A stretch of DNA of 64,000 nt from Methylotenera sp. (lineage in GTDB: Bacteria; Pseudomonadota; Gammaproteobacteria; Burkholderiales; Methylophilaceae), in assembly GCA_046590165.1 (NCBI GenBank), contig JBKJUR010000017.1:12330-76329 (forward strand), in the 5' to 3' direction. Positions 7,568 through 17,371 of this stretch are shown piece by piece. Within the stretch, counting starts at the first letter, position 1; each line of letters begins with the position of its first letter. Made by a program: the position numbers and the translations under genes. The notes beneath the pieces were generated by a model. It was not told where the DNA came from. It was given only the letters and a program-made list of their open reading frames with translations, and ran no database searches.

Positions 7568-10500
7568 ATGTACAAAAAATTGAAATTTTCCTTAAATATT
7601 GATTTCTCCAACAAACAACCAAAACTACATTTATCTGAATATCAAAATAAATTTATAAACGTCGATGGCACTCTGCTTGAGTTGGCTGAAGCAATTAATG
7701 ATGGAGAGGCTTTTAGTTATCAGTTCCACAATGAAGAGCGCAAAACGGCAAATTTCTTATGCTCGGATTTTCTAGTCGTAGATATCGATGAAGGATGGAT
7801 GATATCAGATGTGCTTAACCATCCATTGGTTAGTAAACACTGTAGTCTGCTTTACACTACTCCCCGACATACTTCAGAAAACCATCGATTTCGATTAGTG
7901 TTTGTACTGCCAAAAACTATTTTCGACTCAAGAGAATTAAAGGCTGCAACTAAATCTTTAGTAAGGCGATTAGGCGGTGATATGTCTGCGACCGATGCAG
8001 CAAGGATGTTTTACGGCTCCATAAATTCATATCAAGAAATTTCAAATAAAGAGCTGTCAGAAGAGCTTTTAGCTGAACTGATAGCCGATGGTTTAGTGAA
8101 TCCTGTCAGTGATTCAAGTATGCATAGACCAGCTCTTAGCATGTCTAATTTGACTATTAAACCAGATTTTGAGATTACCACCGCTGTAAGTGGTGTTCTA
8201 AAGTTTATGGATTTCAAGAAAAAAACTAATGTTTACTGTCCTTTTCATCCCGACAAAAATGCGAGTGCCTTTGTCGGCTTAAACGCTAAATCCATCCCTT
8301 ATCTAGTTTGTTCAACTTGCCAATTTACACGCTGGTTAGAAGGAAATCATAAGGAAGATTTTGATTTCCATAGCTTCGAAAATACTGTAAGTGAATATTT
8401 ACGCACTCCACCTACCAAAATAAATGAATTTGAAACTCCTCTTACACGATTACTTTACGATTCAGTACCGCTAGAAAATAAAGGTATTCACTTTTCAAAT
8501 GATCGTTATTTACAAATCAATAAAATTGAAAATGGTATTACTTTTATCAAGAGTCCTAAAGGTACTGGTAAGACAAATTTTCTGAAAGACTATTTAAAGA
8601 AGATTATCTTTAAAAATTCATCTGTCAATTTAGAGAGTTTTGTAGAAGATATTAATACAGGTAAAGATGCACCAATTTACACTAATAAGAAAGTATTATT
8701 AATCGGACACCGGCAGGCTTTAATAAGTGAAATGTGCAAACGACTAGGTTTAGTTTGTTATCTGGATATCAAAAATACCAAAGACTTAGCTAAAGGTGAT
8801 AATCCAAACTACGGAGTTTGTTTAGACAGTTTGTGCGTGGCACTTGGCGACCAATCTAAAACTAAATGGGATCTCATCATTATTGATGAGTCAGAACAAG
8901 TTTTATCACATTTTTTGTCTGAAACATTAGGTGATAAACGCATAGAGATATTCAATCAATTAAACATACTCATCGGTAATGCTAAAAGGGTTGTTGCATT
9001 AGATGCTGATTTAGGATGGATCACATTCAATACCATTACCAGAATGGCGAAATCTCAATCTGATGCCGTCATACCAATTCAAATACATATAAATAAATGG
9101 GTTGATGGCTCGAAGCCTATATTCATTTATCAAACTTCATCTCAATTGATCGATCATCTAAAACAATCCATTATTGATGGCAAACAAATTTTTGTCTCTT
9201 CTAATTCAAAAAATAAAATTCAATCATTAGAAAAAGCGATTGAAGAGTTGGCAAATAAACTAGGTATTCAAATTCCAATGATCTCCATTACTTCGGAGAA
9301 CTCTAAATCGACTATTAACCAACATTTCATTACAAATATTAAGTCAGAGATAATTAAATATAAAGTCATTTTATCTTCACCGTCATTAGGAACCGGTATT
9401 GATATTACTTTTGATAAAAATTCTGAATTTATAGATTGTGTATATGGGTTGTATGAAAACAGAATCAATACCCATTTAGAAATTGATCAGCAGCTAAGAA
9501 GGGTTAGACATCCAAAAGAAGTGCATGTTTGGGTGTCACCAAGTTTGTATAACTTTGAATCTGAATTTGAAGTTGTTAAAGATGAATACCTTAATAATAA
9601 CTTTCTTCTAAATTTGTATTACCAACAAATCCTTACAAATAACCCCCTTAAGATTTCAAATGAATTTGTAGGTAATTTTTTAATGATGGCTGCTCTAATA
9701 ACAGTTTATCAAAGATCTTCAAAAAATAAGCTTAAGCGCAATTTTCTGGAATACAAACAAGCTGATGGCTGGCAGATTTTAGACGTATTGCAAGATGAAA
9801 TAGCAATGAATGTTGGTAAAGAGTTTTTCAAAAGAGGCGCTAACCTATTGAGCGAAGAAATGATTGCAGATATTTTAGCCTCAGCACCATTAAGAAGAGA
9901 GGAGTATGACGATATTAGTGAGCGAATGGATGCCAACGATAAAGAAGTTTCGAGAAGTGAATATTTTTCATTACAAAGAACCAAGCTGGAATTATTTTAT
10001 CGCCAATCTATCAGCCGTCAGCTTATTAAAGATGATAATAAAACAAAACTTCGTCGGGGCATTTTGGCATACGAAAAGATCACCAATTCTGAAAGGATAA
10101 AATTTATTATTCAGGATAAGACAGCAAACAAAATGAATGTTCATGAACTAGGGCTTCATGAAAAAATCCTTCCTGATAAAAATACTGCTGCTATGTTGCT
10201 GTATCAATTATTTGGCAAAACGCCTATTTTCAGTAATGGCATATTCCTTGAATCAATCGAATTTAAGAAAGATGATTTACAGGATTTCATTAAGCTAGTG
10301 ATTAAAAGAAAGTCTTTTATCGAAAATCATTTGGGTTTGAATGTTCGATCAGATATCGTCATGAAACCAGTTCAATTTTTGGGACAGTTACTAAAAGAGG
10401 TTGGTTTAGGTCATTGGAAAGCAAAATCACATATCGTAAAAGGTATGAAAATTTACATTTATATATTAGATCGAGATAAGCTGAATTCAGTTAAAAAAAC

Positions 10501-10594
10501 TGTTCTTTTAAGAGAGAAAATAGAATCTCAATGGAGTTTTTTCTATGATTTACATCATTTTAAAGATGAAGCAATCACCCATTATATTGACTAA
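7568..10594 (+). CDS. Primase-polymerase (AEP-like) / CHC2 zinc finger / P-loop helicase fusion protein (1008 aa)
   Basis: The N-terminus has FLVVDIDEG (DxD) and TTPRHTSENHRFRLVFVLP, an AEP/PriCT-like pattern. YCPFHPDKNASAF...CSTC is a CHC2 primase-type zinc finger. FIKSPKGTGKTNFL is Walker A and WDLIIIDESEQVLSHF is Walker B. The remainder is a long helical C-terminal region. Confidence 0.7.
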   Translation: MYKKLKFSLNIDFSNKQPKLHLSEYQNKFINVDGTLLELAEAINDGEAFSYQFHNEERKTANFLCSDFLVVDIDEGWMISDVLNHPLVSKHCSLLYTTPRHTSENHRFRLVFVLPKTIFDSRELKAATKSLVRRLGGDMSATDAARMFYGSINSYQEISNKELSEELLAELIADGLVNPVSDSSMHRPALSMSNLTIKPDFEITTAVSGVLKFMDFKKKTNVYCPFHPDKNASAFVGLNAKSIPYLVCSTCQFTRWLEGNHKEDFDFHSFENTVSEYLRTPPTKINEFETPLTRLLYDSVPLENKGIHFSNDRYLQINKIENGITFIKSPKGTGKTNFLKDYLKKIIFKNSSVNLESFVEDINTGKDAPIYTNKKVLLIGHRQALISEMCKRLGLVCYLDIKNTKDLAKGDNPNYGVCLDSLCVALGDQSKTKWDLIIIDESEQVLSHFLSETLGDKRIEIFNQLNILIGNAKRVVALDADLGWITFNTITRMAKSQSDAVIPIQIHINKWVDGSKPIFIYQTSSQLIDHLKQSIIDGKQIFVSSNSKNKIQSLEKAIEELANKLGIQIPMISITSENSKSTINQHFITNIKSEIIKYKVILSSPSLGTGIDITFDKNSEFIDCVYGLYENRINTHLEIDQQLRRVRHPKEVHVWVSPSLYNFESEFEVVKDEYLNNNFLLNLYYQQILTNNPLKISNEFVGNFLMMAALITVYQRSSKNKLKRNFLEYKQADGWQILDVLQDEIAMNVGKEFFKRGANLLSEEMIADILASAPLRREEYDDISERMDANDKEVSRSEYFSLQRTKLELFYRQSISRQLIKDDNKTKLRRGILAYEKITNSERIKFIIQDKTANKMNVHELGLHEKILPDKNTAAMLLYQLFGKTPIFSNGIFLESIEFKKDDLQDFIKLVIKRKSFIENHLGLNVRSDIVMKPVQFLGQLLKEVGLGHWKAKSHIVKGMKIYIYILDRDKLNSVKKTVLLREKIESQWSFFYDLHHFKDEAITHYID

Positions 10595-10617
10595 ATTAAT
10601 ACATTTGTCAGGATAAC

Positions 10618-10710
10618 TGTATATTCCGGTAAAAAGAGCCACTCATTCCACTTCAAACCAGCCAGTGATTCCAGTCCAAAACCGCCAACCATAACTACAC
10701 AAAGCTGCCA
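10618..10710 (+). repeat. Left end of nested element: terminal IR plus three direct subterminal repeats
   Basis: The three repeats are tATTCCGGTAAAAAGAGCC, cATTCCACTTCAAACCAGCC and gATTCCAGTCCAAAACCGCC. The ATTCC motifs start at 10623, 10645 and 10668, giving spacings of 22 and 23 bp. Confidence 0.7.
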
Positions 10711-10973
10711 TTTAAATTTATTACTACTGAAATGCTCGAATGAGTAAAAGGTCCACAAAGCGGGCATTAGTGCATCTGGAAATTGCTAATGAGGCTAATT
10801 GACATATTTTGAAAACCTCGATTGACAGTGATTTCAATATGTTCGCTAACAGACATAATATATGAATGCTGAGTGGTATCCTAGTTATGCGAATTTGGAG
10901 TAGAGTGTACGAAGTAATTCGATTATTTTTTAGAAAAAGATTGATGACACTCAACTACAATGTACCTAGCAAC

Positions 10974-11702
10974 ATGCATAATCATTTGCTTGCAGCCTTC
11001 CGCTTCATGAATTCAATCGCATTTCATCAGGCGTTGAGTTAGTTAAAATGCCGCTGGGTGAGGTACTTTGTGAGTCTAATGAAAAGCTCAATCATGTTTA
11101 CTTTCCGACTACCTCTATTATCTCATTGGTCTATGTATTAGAAAATGGCGCGACAGCGGAAATTGCCAGTATAGGTAATGAAGGTATTTTGGGTGTCACT
11201 TTATTGATGGGTGGTAACACAACAACGAGTTTTGCAGTGGTGCAATCTGCAGTGTATGGGTATCGCCTAAAAGCGTCTTTATTATTGGCAGAATTTAATC
11301 GCAGAGGGCCATTGATGCATCTTCTACTGCGCTATACGCAAGCGCTGATCTCGCAAATGACACAAACAGCCGTTTGTAACCGATATCACACCATAGAACA
11401 GCAACTATGCCGCAGATTATTATTAAGCCTAGATCGCAGCCCTCTTGCTCGCTCACCATGACGCAAGAACTCATTGCCAATATGCTAGGTGTACGCCGCG
11501 AAGGCGTGACAGAGGGGCAGGAAAACTTCAACACCTAGGCCTGATTCAATATAAAAGAGGTCGCATTGATGTGATTGATCGAGTTGGGTTAGAAAAATCG
11601 GTTTGTGAGTGTTATCAGGTGTTCAAAAAAGAGTTAGATAGACTAGTCTCAGATATTCCACAAGGCGACCCGCAACATGTGCTTGGTGAGTCGATTACTT
11701 AA
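10974..11702 (+). pseudogene. Crp/Fnr-family transcriptional regulator, multiply frameshifted
   Basis: MHNHLLAA (10974-) shifts frame to LPLHEFNRISSGVELVKMPLGEVLCESNEKLNHVYFP..., which is ORF 11048-11461. A further piece, MTQELIANMLGVRREGVTE, lies in a third frame. The HTH tail AGKLQHLGLIQYKRGRIDVIDR is in ORF 11445-11702. There are at least three frame breaks. Confidence 0.8.
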
Positions 11703-11728
11703 TCTATCCTTATTTTTACAGGTTTAAT

Positions 11729-12283
11729 ATGCAGCTCTTTAAATTAGAATACAGCAAGTACACCTATTACGCAGACTTTGTATTTTACGCAATAGCTCTG
11801 TTTGTTATAGGGTATTTATTGGCGATGACGACTAGCCCAGCGCAATACCCAGCCATCGTGATTTATGCAACCATCGGTTTAATTGGCTGGACCTTAATAG
11901 AATACGTCATACATCGTTTTGTGTTGCATGGTTTACCGCCATTTAAAGCTTGGCATGCAGAGCATCATCGTCGGCCTACTGCTTTTATCTTTGCCCCTAC
12001 GTTCGTGAGTGCTAGCTTAATTACTTTGTTTATATTTATTCCGGCTTGGCTAATGATTGGTATATGGCCTGCTACTGCACTCACTTTTGGAGTGGTAGTC
12101 GGCTACCTTTTTTATACATTATTACACCATGCTACGCATCATTGGCATGCTAATAATACTTGGTTTAAAGAACGTAAGCGCTGGCACGCTTTGCACCACC
12201 TTTCACACAACCAAATGTTGCAACAGCCCAGCCATTTTGGCGTGACCAATGGTTTTTGGGATAAGGTATTTTCGAGTAATTAA
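11729..12283 (+). CDS. Fatty acid hydroxylase / sterol desaturase superfamily membrane protein
   Basis: Histidine boxes HRFVLH, HAEHHRRP, HHATHHWH and HALHH sit between hydrophobic segments. Confidence 0.75.
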   Translation: MQLFKLEYSKYTYYADFVFYAIALFVIGYLLAMTTSPAQYPAIVIYATIGLIGWTLIEYVIHRFVLHGLPPFKAWHAEHHRRPTAFIFAPTFVSASLITLFIFIPAWLMIGIWPATALTFGVVVGYLFYTLLHHATHHWHANNTWFKERKRWHALHHLSHNQMLQQPSHFGVTNGFWDKVFSSN

Positions 12284-12434
12284 AGTGCTAATGGGTTGCC
12301 TTTAACATGGAAGCAGTTGTACTCATCTGAAACAGCAAGTATGAATAGCTTTGTTTATAGTAATAGTTTAACGAAATAAACAAACACCAGATCATTAACA
12401 ACGTGAATGTAATAAACTCAGAAGGAGTTACTCT

Positions 12435-12620
12435 ATGAAGCAAGTCAAAGTAGGTGATACCGAGTATCAAGCGCACTTAAAGGCTCTGGAAGAACATAAA
12501 GCTTTGGTCGATTTAATGGGTGAGGGCCATGAGAATGTTGACTTGGAAGAGTTGAAACGCTCATTACATGAATTAACACAGACAATCGAGGAGTATTTTA
12601 AAGTGATTGGCATTCCTTAA
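12435..12620 (+). CDS. Small hypothetical protein (61 aa)
   Basis: A strong SD (GAAGGAG) lies 7 nt upstream of the ATG. The product is acidic and helical. A weak hairpin plus T-run follows at 12615-12635. Confidence 0.5.
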   Translation: MKQVKVGDTEYQAHLKALEEHKALVDLMGEGHENVDLEELKRSLHELTQTIEEYFKVIGIP

Positions 12621-12739
12621 TCTTAAGGTTTTTTTATTTAAGGACAAGGTCAAACGAACTTCTGTTGATATTTAGTCATTTCAATATAACTATTAAAGAG
12701 TTTTTATAGTTACATTTTCTATGATAATTTCATGAATAT

Positions 12740-13321
12740 TTACAGATACTTAGATTTCCACAATAATGTAATGATTGCAATTTGCTGTGCAATATTTTCT
12801 GGCGATAACACATAATCAATGCAGCCACTCGCTATAGCACTCTCTGGCATTGCTGGCTCAATCGCAGTATCAAGTTTTTGTGCAATTGTAATGCCGCCAA
12901 TATCTTTAATGCCACATAATGCGGCTGAGCCATCCCCATCGTAGCCAGAAACAATCACGGCAATCAACTTACCATCCCAATAATGAGTGATAGAACTCAG
13001 AAAAACTGTGATGACATCAGGCCAGCCTCTAGGCTTAGATATTGGCTCCAATTGAAACTCACCATTGTGCACATGTAAATCTCGATTGGCTGGAATAATA
13101 AACACTTGATTGGGTTCGATTGCCAAATGATCCGTAATCAGTTTAACGGGCATGTTGGTATATTTAGGAAGAATTTCGTGCAGATGCGTTGGCATTTTTG
13201 TAATGTGATTCACGATGACAATCGCTACGCCTAAATCATCAGGCAGATTATCTAATAAACGAATATAGGCATCTAATCCACCAGCTGAACCGCCAACGCA
13301 GACAATAGGAAAACATTTCAC
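12740..13321 (-). CDS. Stand-alone CheB-type methylesterase/deamidase domain protein (193 aa)
   Basis: The CheB catalytic-domain pattern is present: VCVGGSAGGLDA (Ser), VIVNHITK (His) and VSGYDGDGSAA (Asp). There is no receiver domain. Confidence 0.75.
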   Translation of the reverse strand: MKCFPIVCVGGSAGGLDAYIRLLDNLPDDLGVAIVIVNHITKMPTHLHEILPKYTNMPVKLITDHLAIEPNQVFIIPANRDLHVHNGEFQLEPISKPRGWPDVITVFLSSITHYWDGKLIAVIVSGYDGDGSAALCGIKDIGGITIAQKLDTAIEPAMPESAIASGCIDYVLSPENIAQQIAIITLLWKSKYL

Positions 13322-13385
13322 AGAAACTTATCCAATGGAATTATATGCTGTTTGCCACTACTAAAAAAATTAAATAAAATAATCA

Positions 13386-14033
13386 TTACATCATGGGCAA
13401 TGAAGTCGTCCATTCTTTCATCGCATCTTCGCCGGAACGGTCTATTTTAACTTTATTGTTATCAATAGAAGTTACCCAACTAATTGGGATGTAATGGTGA
13501 TGCCCCATATCGTCTTTATTTAATTTAATAAAGTCGAAACCTTCCATATGGTCAACCGTAGCGAATTGACCATCTTGGTTACATACTACTGCCATCTCAG
13601 GTTTAATTTCAGATAAACTTATACTATGCTTAACACCATAGTAGGTGTGTATTGTATTGGCCCACGCCGGATCTGCCATGTTGGGCCAATGATCTTTATC
13701 AAACCCTGGCGCATCTTCAAGACGCTCCTTCTCAACATTAAGCACAAAGTGCTTATTCTGAACATTAAGCTTTAACGCATGCCATGGCACAGCAAAAAGC
13801 TTTTCACCCATGCCAAGAAAGCCACCAAATGAAACTACTGCATATTCAACTTTACCGCTAGACATGTTGAGCATAATTTCTTTTATATCGCCAAGATGTT
13901 CACCTTTATGATTATAGACATCATTACCATTGAGCGTATCTGCTCCCATTAAACCTGGGCCGGGGCCATCGATGGTATGACTTTTATACATGCCATAGCT
14001 ATCACGTTCTTCGTAATTCATATTAATCTCCAA
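13386..14033 (-). CDS. PRC-barrel domain plus DUF2171-like domain protein
   Basis: GEHLGDIKEIMLNMSSGKVEYAVVSFGGFLGMGEKLFAVPWHAL is a PRC-barrel signature. The C-terminal ...VDHMEGFDFIKLNKDDMGHHHYIPISWV resembles DUF2171. Confidence 0.7.
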   Translation of the reverse strand: MEINMNYEERDSYGMYKSHTIDGPGPGLMGADTLNGNDVYNHKGEHLGDIKEIMLNMSSGKVEYAVVSFGGFLGMGEKLFAVPWHALKLNVQNKHFVLNVEKERLEDAPGFDKDHWPNMADPAWANTIHTYYGVKHSISLSEIKPEMAVVCNQDGQFATVDHMEGFDFIKLNKDDMGHHHYIPISWVTSIDNNKVKIDRSGEDAMKEWTTSLPMM

Positions 14034-14395
14034 TTAACTAATTTCATTAAGTTACCTTATAGCGCTGTAATTAATTAGTAACGCAAAAGATAATTAGATT
14101 AGGCTTAATAGATCCCAAATTCAGTTCGGCAACGAACATAGCAAATGAAATATTTGTCTAGTATTGAATAATATCTTTATAATAAATCACTAGATAATGA
14201 CAATCTGCATTTAAGAATAAATCTGTAAACTTCCCATTTAATTCTTTGGATTTTTATTAGGGCTTTATAAAAGCTAATTTTATAACAACTTAGATCTGTG
14301 CATTTAATAAACTCAATCCAGTGTTTTTGTGCGTTATCGTACATACAAACAATGGGCTTATCTAAATACTACTAATAATTTAAGTAGGAATATTT

Positions 14396-15466
14396 ATGCC
14401 AACTATACGTAAAGGGCAAGCACCAGTCGTATTAGGTCGTGATGAATTTCATCTTGAATTTCATAAGTCATTTCTTGACCCTAGTTTTAAGACTGTTTCT
14501 GATCAACTTTATAAGGTTGAAGAAATAGCTTGGATAAATTATAAAGAAGGTCATAAAGCTCCTTCTACAGAAAAGGCAGGCGCTGCATTTTCTGATCCTA
14601 CTTATGAGCTTTCAGTTGAATGGAAAGCTACTAGAGACCGTCTTATATTGGCAGAAGAAAAGCAGAAAGACCGTGCAACTAAATCACGTGTATTGCTTAT
14701 TTGTGGGTCTGCTCGGAATGACGGCAGCTGTCCGGGTGAGGTTTCAAAAACTTGGCGCTTAACCATGTTAGCTAAAGAAGTATTGGTTGCTGAAGGAATG
14801 GAAGTTGATTTACTTGATTTAAGTTTATTGATTTCAGACTACGATAAACATATTCATCCATGTAAAGGTTGTGTTTCAACGGCAATGCCTTTATGTCATT
14901 GGCCTTGTAGTTGTTACCCCAATCATGGGCAACGTCAAACTAATGATTGGATGGCGGATATCTATGAAAAATGGGTAGCTGCTCACGGCATTATTATTTT
15001 CACTCCTGTTTATTGGTATCAAACACCTAGTGTATTGAAGCTAATGATCGATCGCTTAGTTTGTGCTGATGGCGGAAACCCTGACCCAACTACTACTCTT
15101 GGTAAGAATGCTGAAAAAGCGAAACAAATCGAGCTGGCAGGTTGGTCTTATCCAAAACATCTTGCAGGGCGGGCCTATGGTGTGGTAGTGCATGGGGATG
15201 TCGCTGGTATCGAAGGGGTAAGGCGTGGATTATCTGACTGGTTAGACTGGATGGGGCTTATAGATGCTGGTGCAAAGTCTAAACTTGACCGTTTTATTGG
15301 TTATTACGAATCTTATGCCAAAAGTCATGAAGCACTTGACCGTGATCATGCCGTACAAGAGGAAGTTCGTAACGTTGCTAAATCAGTAGGTGTTGCGGTA
15401 GATAAGATACGAAAAGGTAACTTAGAGCCATCAGACTTTGCATTGCAACAGCCTCGGCCAAAGTAA
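14396..15466 (+). CDS. Flavodoxin-like (NADPH-dependent FMN reductase fold) protein with Cys-rich Fe-S-type insert
   Basis: VLLICGSARNDGSCPGE is typical of flavodoxin-like reductases. The cysteine cluster is HPCKGCVSTAMPLCHWPCSCYP. Confidence 0.6.
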   Translation: MPTIRKGQAPVVLGRDEFHLEFHKSFLDPSFKTVSDQLYKVEEIAWINYKEGHKAPSTEKAGAAFSDPTYELSVEWKATRDRLILAEEKQKDRATKSRVLLICGSARNDGSCPGEVSKTWRLTMLAKEVLVAEGMEVDLLDLSLLISDYDKHIHPCKGCVSTAMPLCHWPCSCYPNHGQRQTNDWMADIYEKWVAAHGIIIFTPVYWYQTPSVLKLMIDRLVCADGGNPDPTTTLGKNAEKAKQIELAGWSYPKHLAGRAYGVVVHGDVAGIEGVRRGLSDWLDWMGLIDAGAKSKLDRFIGYYESYAKSHEALDRDHAVQEEVRNVAKSVGVAVDKIRKGNLEPSDFALQQPRPK

Positions 15467-15579
15467 AACTTGCAACACAATAAAAAAACGCTTATTTCGA
15501 TGCTTGCACTATTATTTACCAAATTTAAGGCATAAGCTTTTGGCTTAACTAGACAAAAATAATATGCTTATTAACGGAA

Positions 15580-15807
15580 ATGGTGATTACTATGAATAAT
15601 GATGTTTTCAATATGGATATTCGTAAGTACTTAAAAATGGTAGGAATTAATTCACAGCACGAGATTGAGCAAGCGGTAGCAAAGGCTATTGCTAAGGGTC
15701 TGATCAAGGGTGACGAAACATTGTCTGCGAAAATGACGCTTACTATCGGCCAAGTGAATCTGAATGTCAGTGTTGATGGGATGATTGGTTTGGAGTTAGC
15801 AGCTTAA
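15580..15807 (+). CDS. Small hypothetical protein (75 aa; true start may be 15592)
   Basis: An ORF between two redox genes on the same strand. I recognise no motif. Confidence 0.4.
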   Translation: MVITMNNDVFNMDIRKYLKMVGINSQHEIEQAVAKAIAKGLIKGDETLSAKMTLTIGQVNLNVSVDGMIGLELAA

Positions 15808-16000
15808 TTCTGGATAGTCTTTTGTTTACCTGAGTATTGAAGCAGGTTCTACTTAATTAGTTTCTATTTAAGAATTATTTTATTCTCCAAATAATTACAA
15901 CTCTAAGCGGACTCTTTTTAAATACAGGTGTTAGAGAGTTGCTGTAAAAGATGTATATGGTAGCTAAGATTGTTAATCCTGTTTTCTTAAGGAGTTAGCC

Positions 16001-17206
16001 ATGATAAAGCAAGTTTACGATTACGTGATTGTGGGCGGCGGGTTGGCGGGCTCATCGGCGATAGAGGGTATCCGGGAACTAGATGCGGTGGGAAATATAC
16101 TCATGATTTGCGCAGAAAAGCATCTGCCCTATGACCGTCCACCACTTTCCAAGCAATTGTGGTCTGGCAAACAAAAGGTCGAAGACATCTTCCTGCAAGA
16201 TAAGACATTTTATGACCAACATAAAGCAACACTATTACTGGGCGTGAAAGTAGTAAGGCTTGACCCCAGCGAAAAGACAATAACTACCACCAACGGCGAG
16301 AACTATGGCTTCGTCAAGCTGTTGCTAGCCACAGGTAGCATGGCGCGGCATTTATCTATTCCTGGCAGCAATCTCGAAGGTATCTGCTATTTCCGCAGCA
16401 TAGACGACTATCTACATACTCGAAGCGTAGCTACGGCAGGAAAATCTGCCGTGGTGATCGGTGGGGGATTTATCGGTTCGGAGCTTACTGCTGCGCTCAG
16501 TATCAACAAATTGAATGTCACCATGATTTTCCCAGATACAACTCTTTGCAGTCATGTATTTCCGGACTATTTGGGGCAGGCCATGCTTCGAAAATTCCAA
16601 GAGCGGGGGATTAGTGTTCTGATATCCGACAAGCCTGACTCCTTCAGCAGGAACGGCGATAAATTCATTACACACACAGAGAATGGTAAAACGATAGAAT
16701 CGGACCTGGTCATCGTTGGCGTAGGCGTTACCCCAGAAATGGAACTGGCCAAAAGTGGCGGTTTGCAAGTGGGTAATGGCATTGTAGTGAACGAGTTTCT
16801 TGAAACTTCAAACCCAGCTATTTTTGCTGCAGGAGATAATACTTTCTTCCCCTACTATGCACTGGGACAGCAGATGCGTTTGGAGCACTGGGATAACTCA
16901 CTTAACCAGGGAAAATTGGCAGGGCGCAACATGGCTGGCGCTCATGAACCATTTACCTATCAGCCGTATTTTTTCTCGGATCTTTTCGAGTTTGGCTATG
17001 AAGCTACCGGCGAGGTCGACTCGCGCCTCGAGACTTTCGCTGATTGGCAAAAGGAAAATGATACCGGCGTCATCTACTATCTGCGCGATGGGAAGGTCAG
17101 GGGCGTGATGATGTGTAATGTATGGGATAAGATTGAGGTGGCACGCACACTAATCAAGAAGGCAGAAACTGTAAAGCCAGAAATGCTGCGTGGCCTGATA
17201 CGTTAA
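16001..17206 (+). CDS. FAD-dependent pyridine nucleotide-disulfide oxidoreductase (AIF/ferredoxin-reductase-like)
   Basis: Dinucleotide-binding motifs YVIVGGGLAGSSA and AVVIGGGFIGSEL, plus AAGD near the C-terminal third. Confidence 0.85.
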   Translation: MIKQVYDYVIVGGGLAGSSAIEGIRELDAVGNILMICAEKHLPYDRPPLSKQLWSGKQKVEDIFLQDKTFYDQHKATLLLGVKVVRLDPSEKTITTTNGENYGFVKLLLATGSMARHLSIPGSNLEGICYFRSIDDYLHTRSVATAGKSAVVIGGGFIGSELTAALSINKLNVTMIFPDTTLCSHVFPDYLGQAMLRKFQERGISVLISDKPDSFSRNGDKFITHTENGKTIESDLVIVGVGVTPEMELAKSGGLQVGNGIVVNEFLETSNPAIFAAGDNTFFPYYALGQQMRLEHWDNSLNQGKLAGRNMAGAHEPFTYQPYFFSDLFEFGYEATGEVDSRLETFADWQKENDTGVIYYLRDGKVRGVMMCNVWDKIEVARTLIKKAETVKPEMLRGLIR

Positions 17207-17371
17207 GGCCTAAATTTTTACTTTGAGCAGCTAATAGTTAAATCAAAAGATTTGTGCGTATGCTCAAATCCGTTTTTTGATCGGGAGGGCTAGCACATAA
17301 TTGCGATGACGCGTCACAGCATTTAGTCCAAAAGAAAAGCATTCAAATCCGTGTCGCCTAGGAGCACATCT

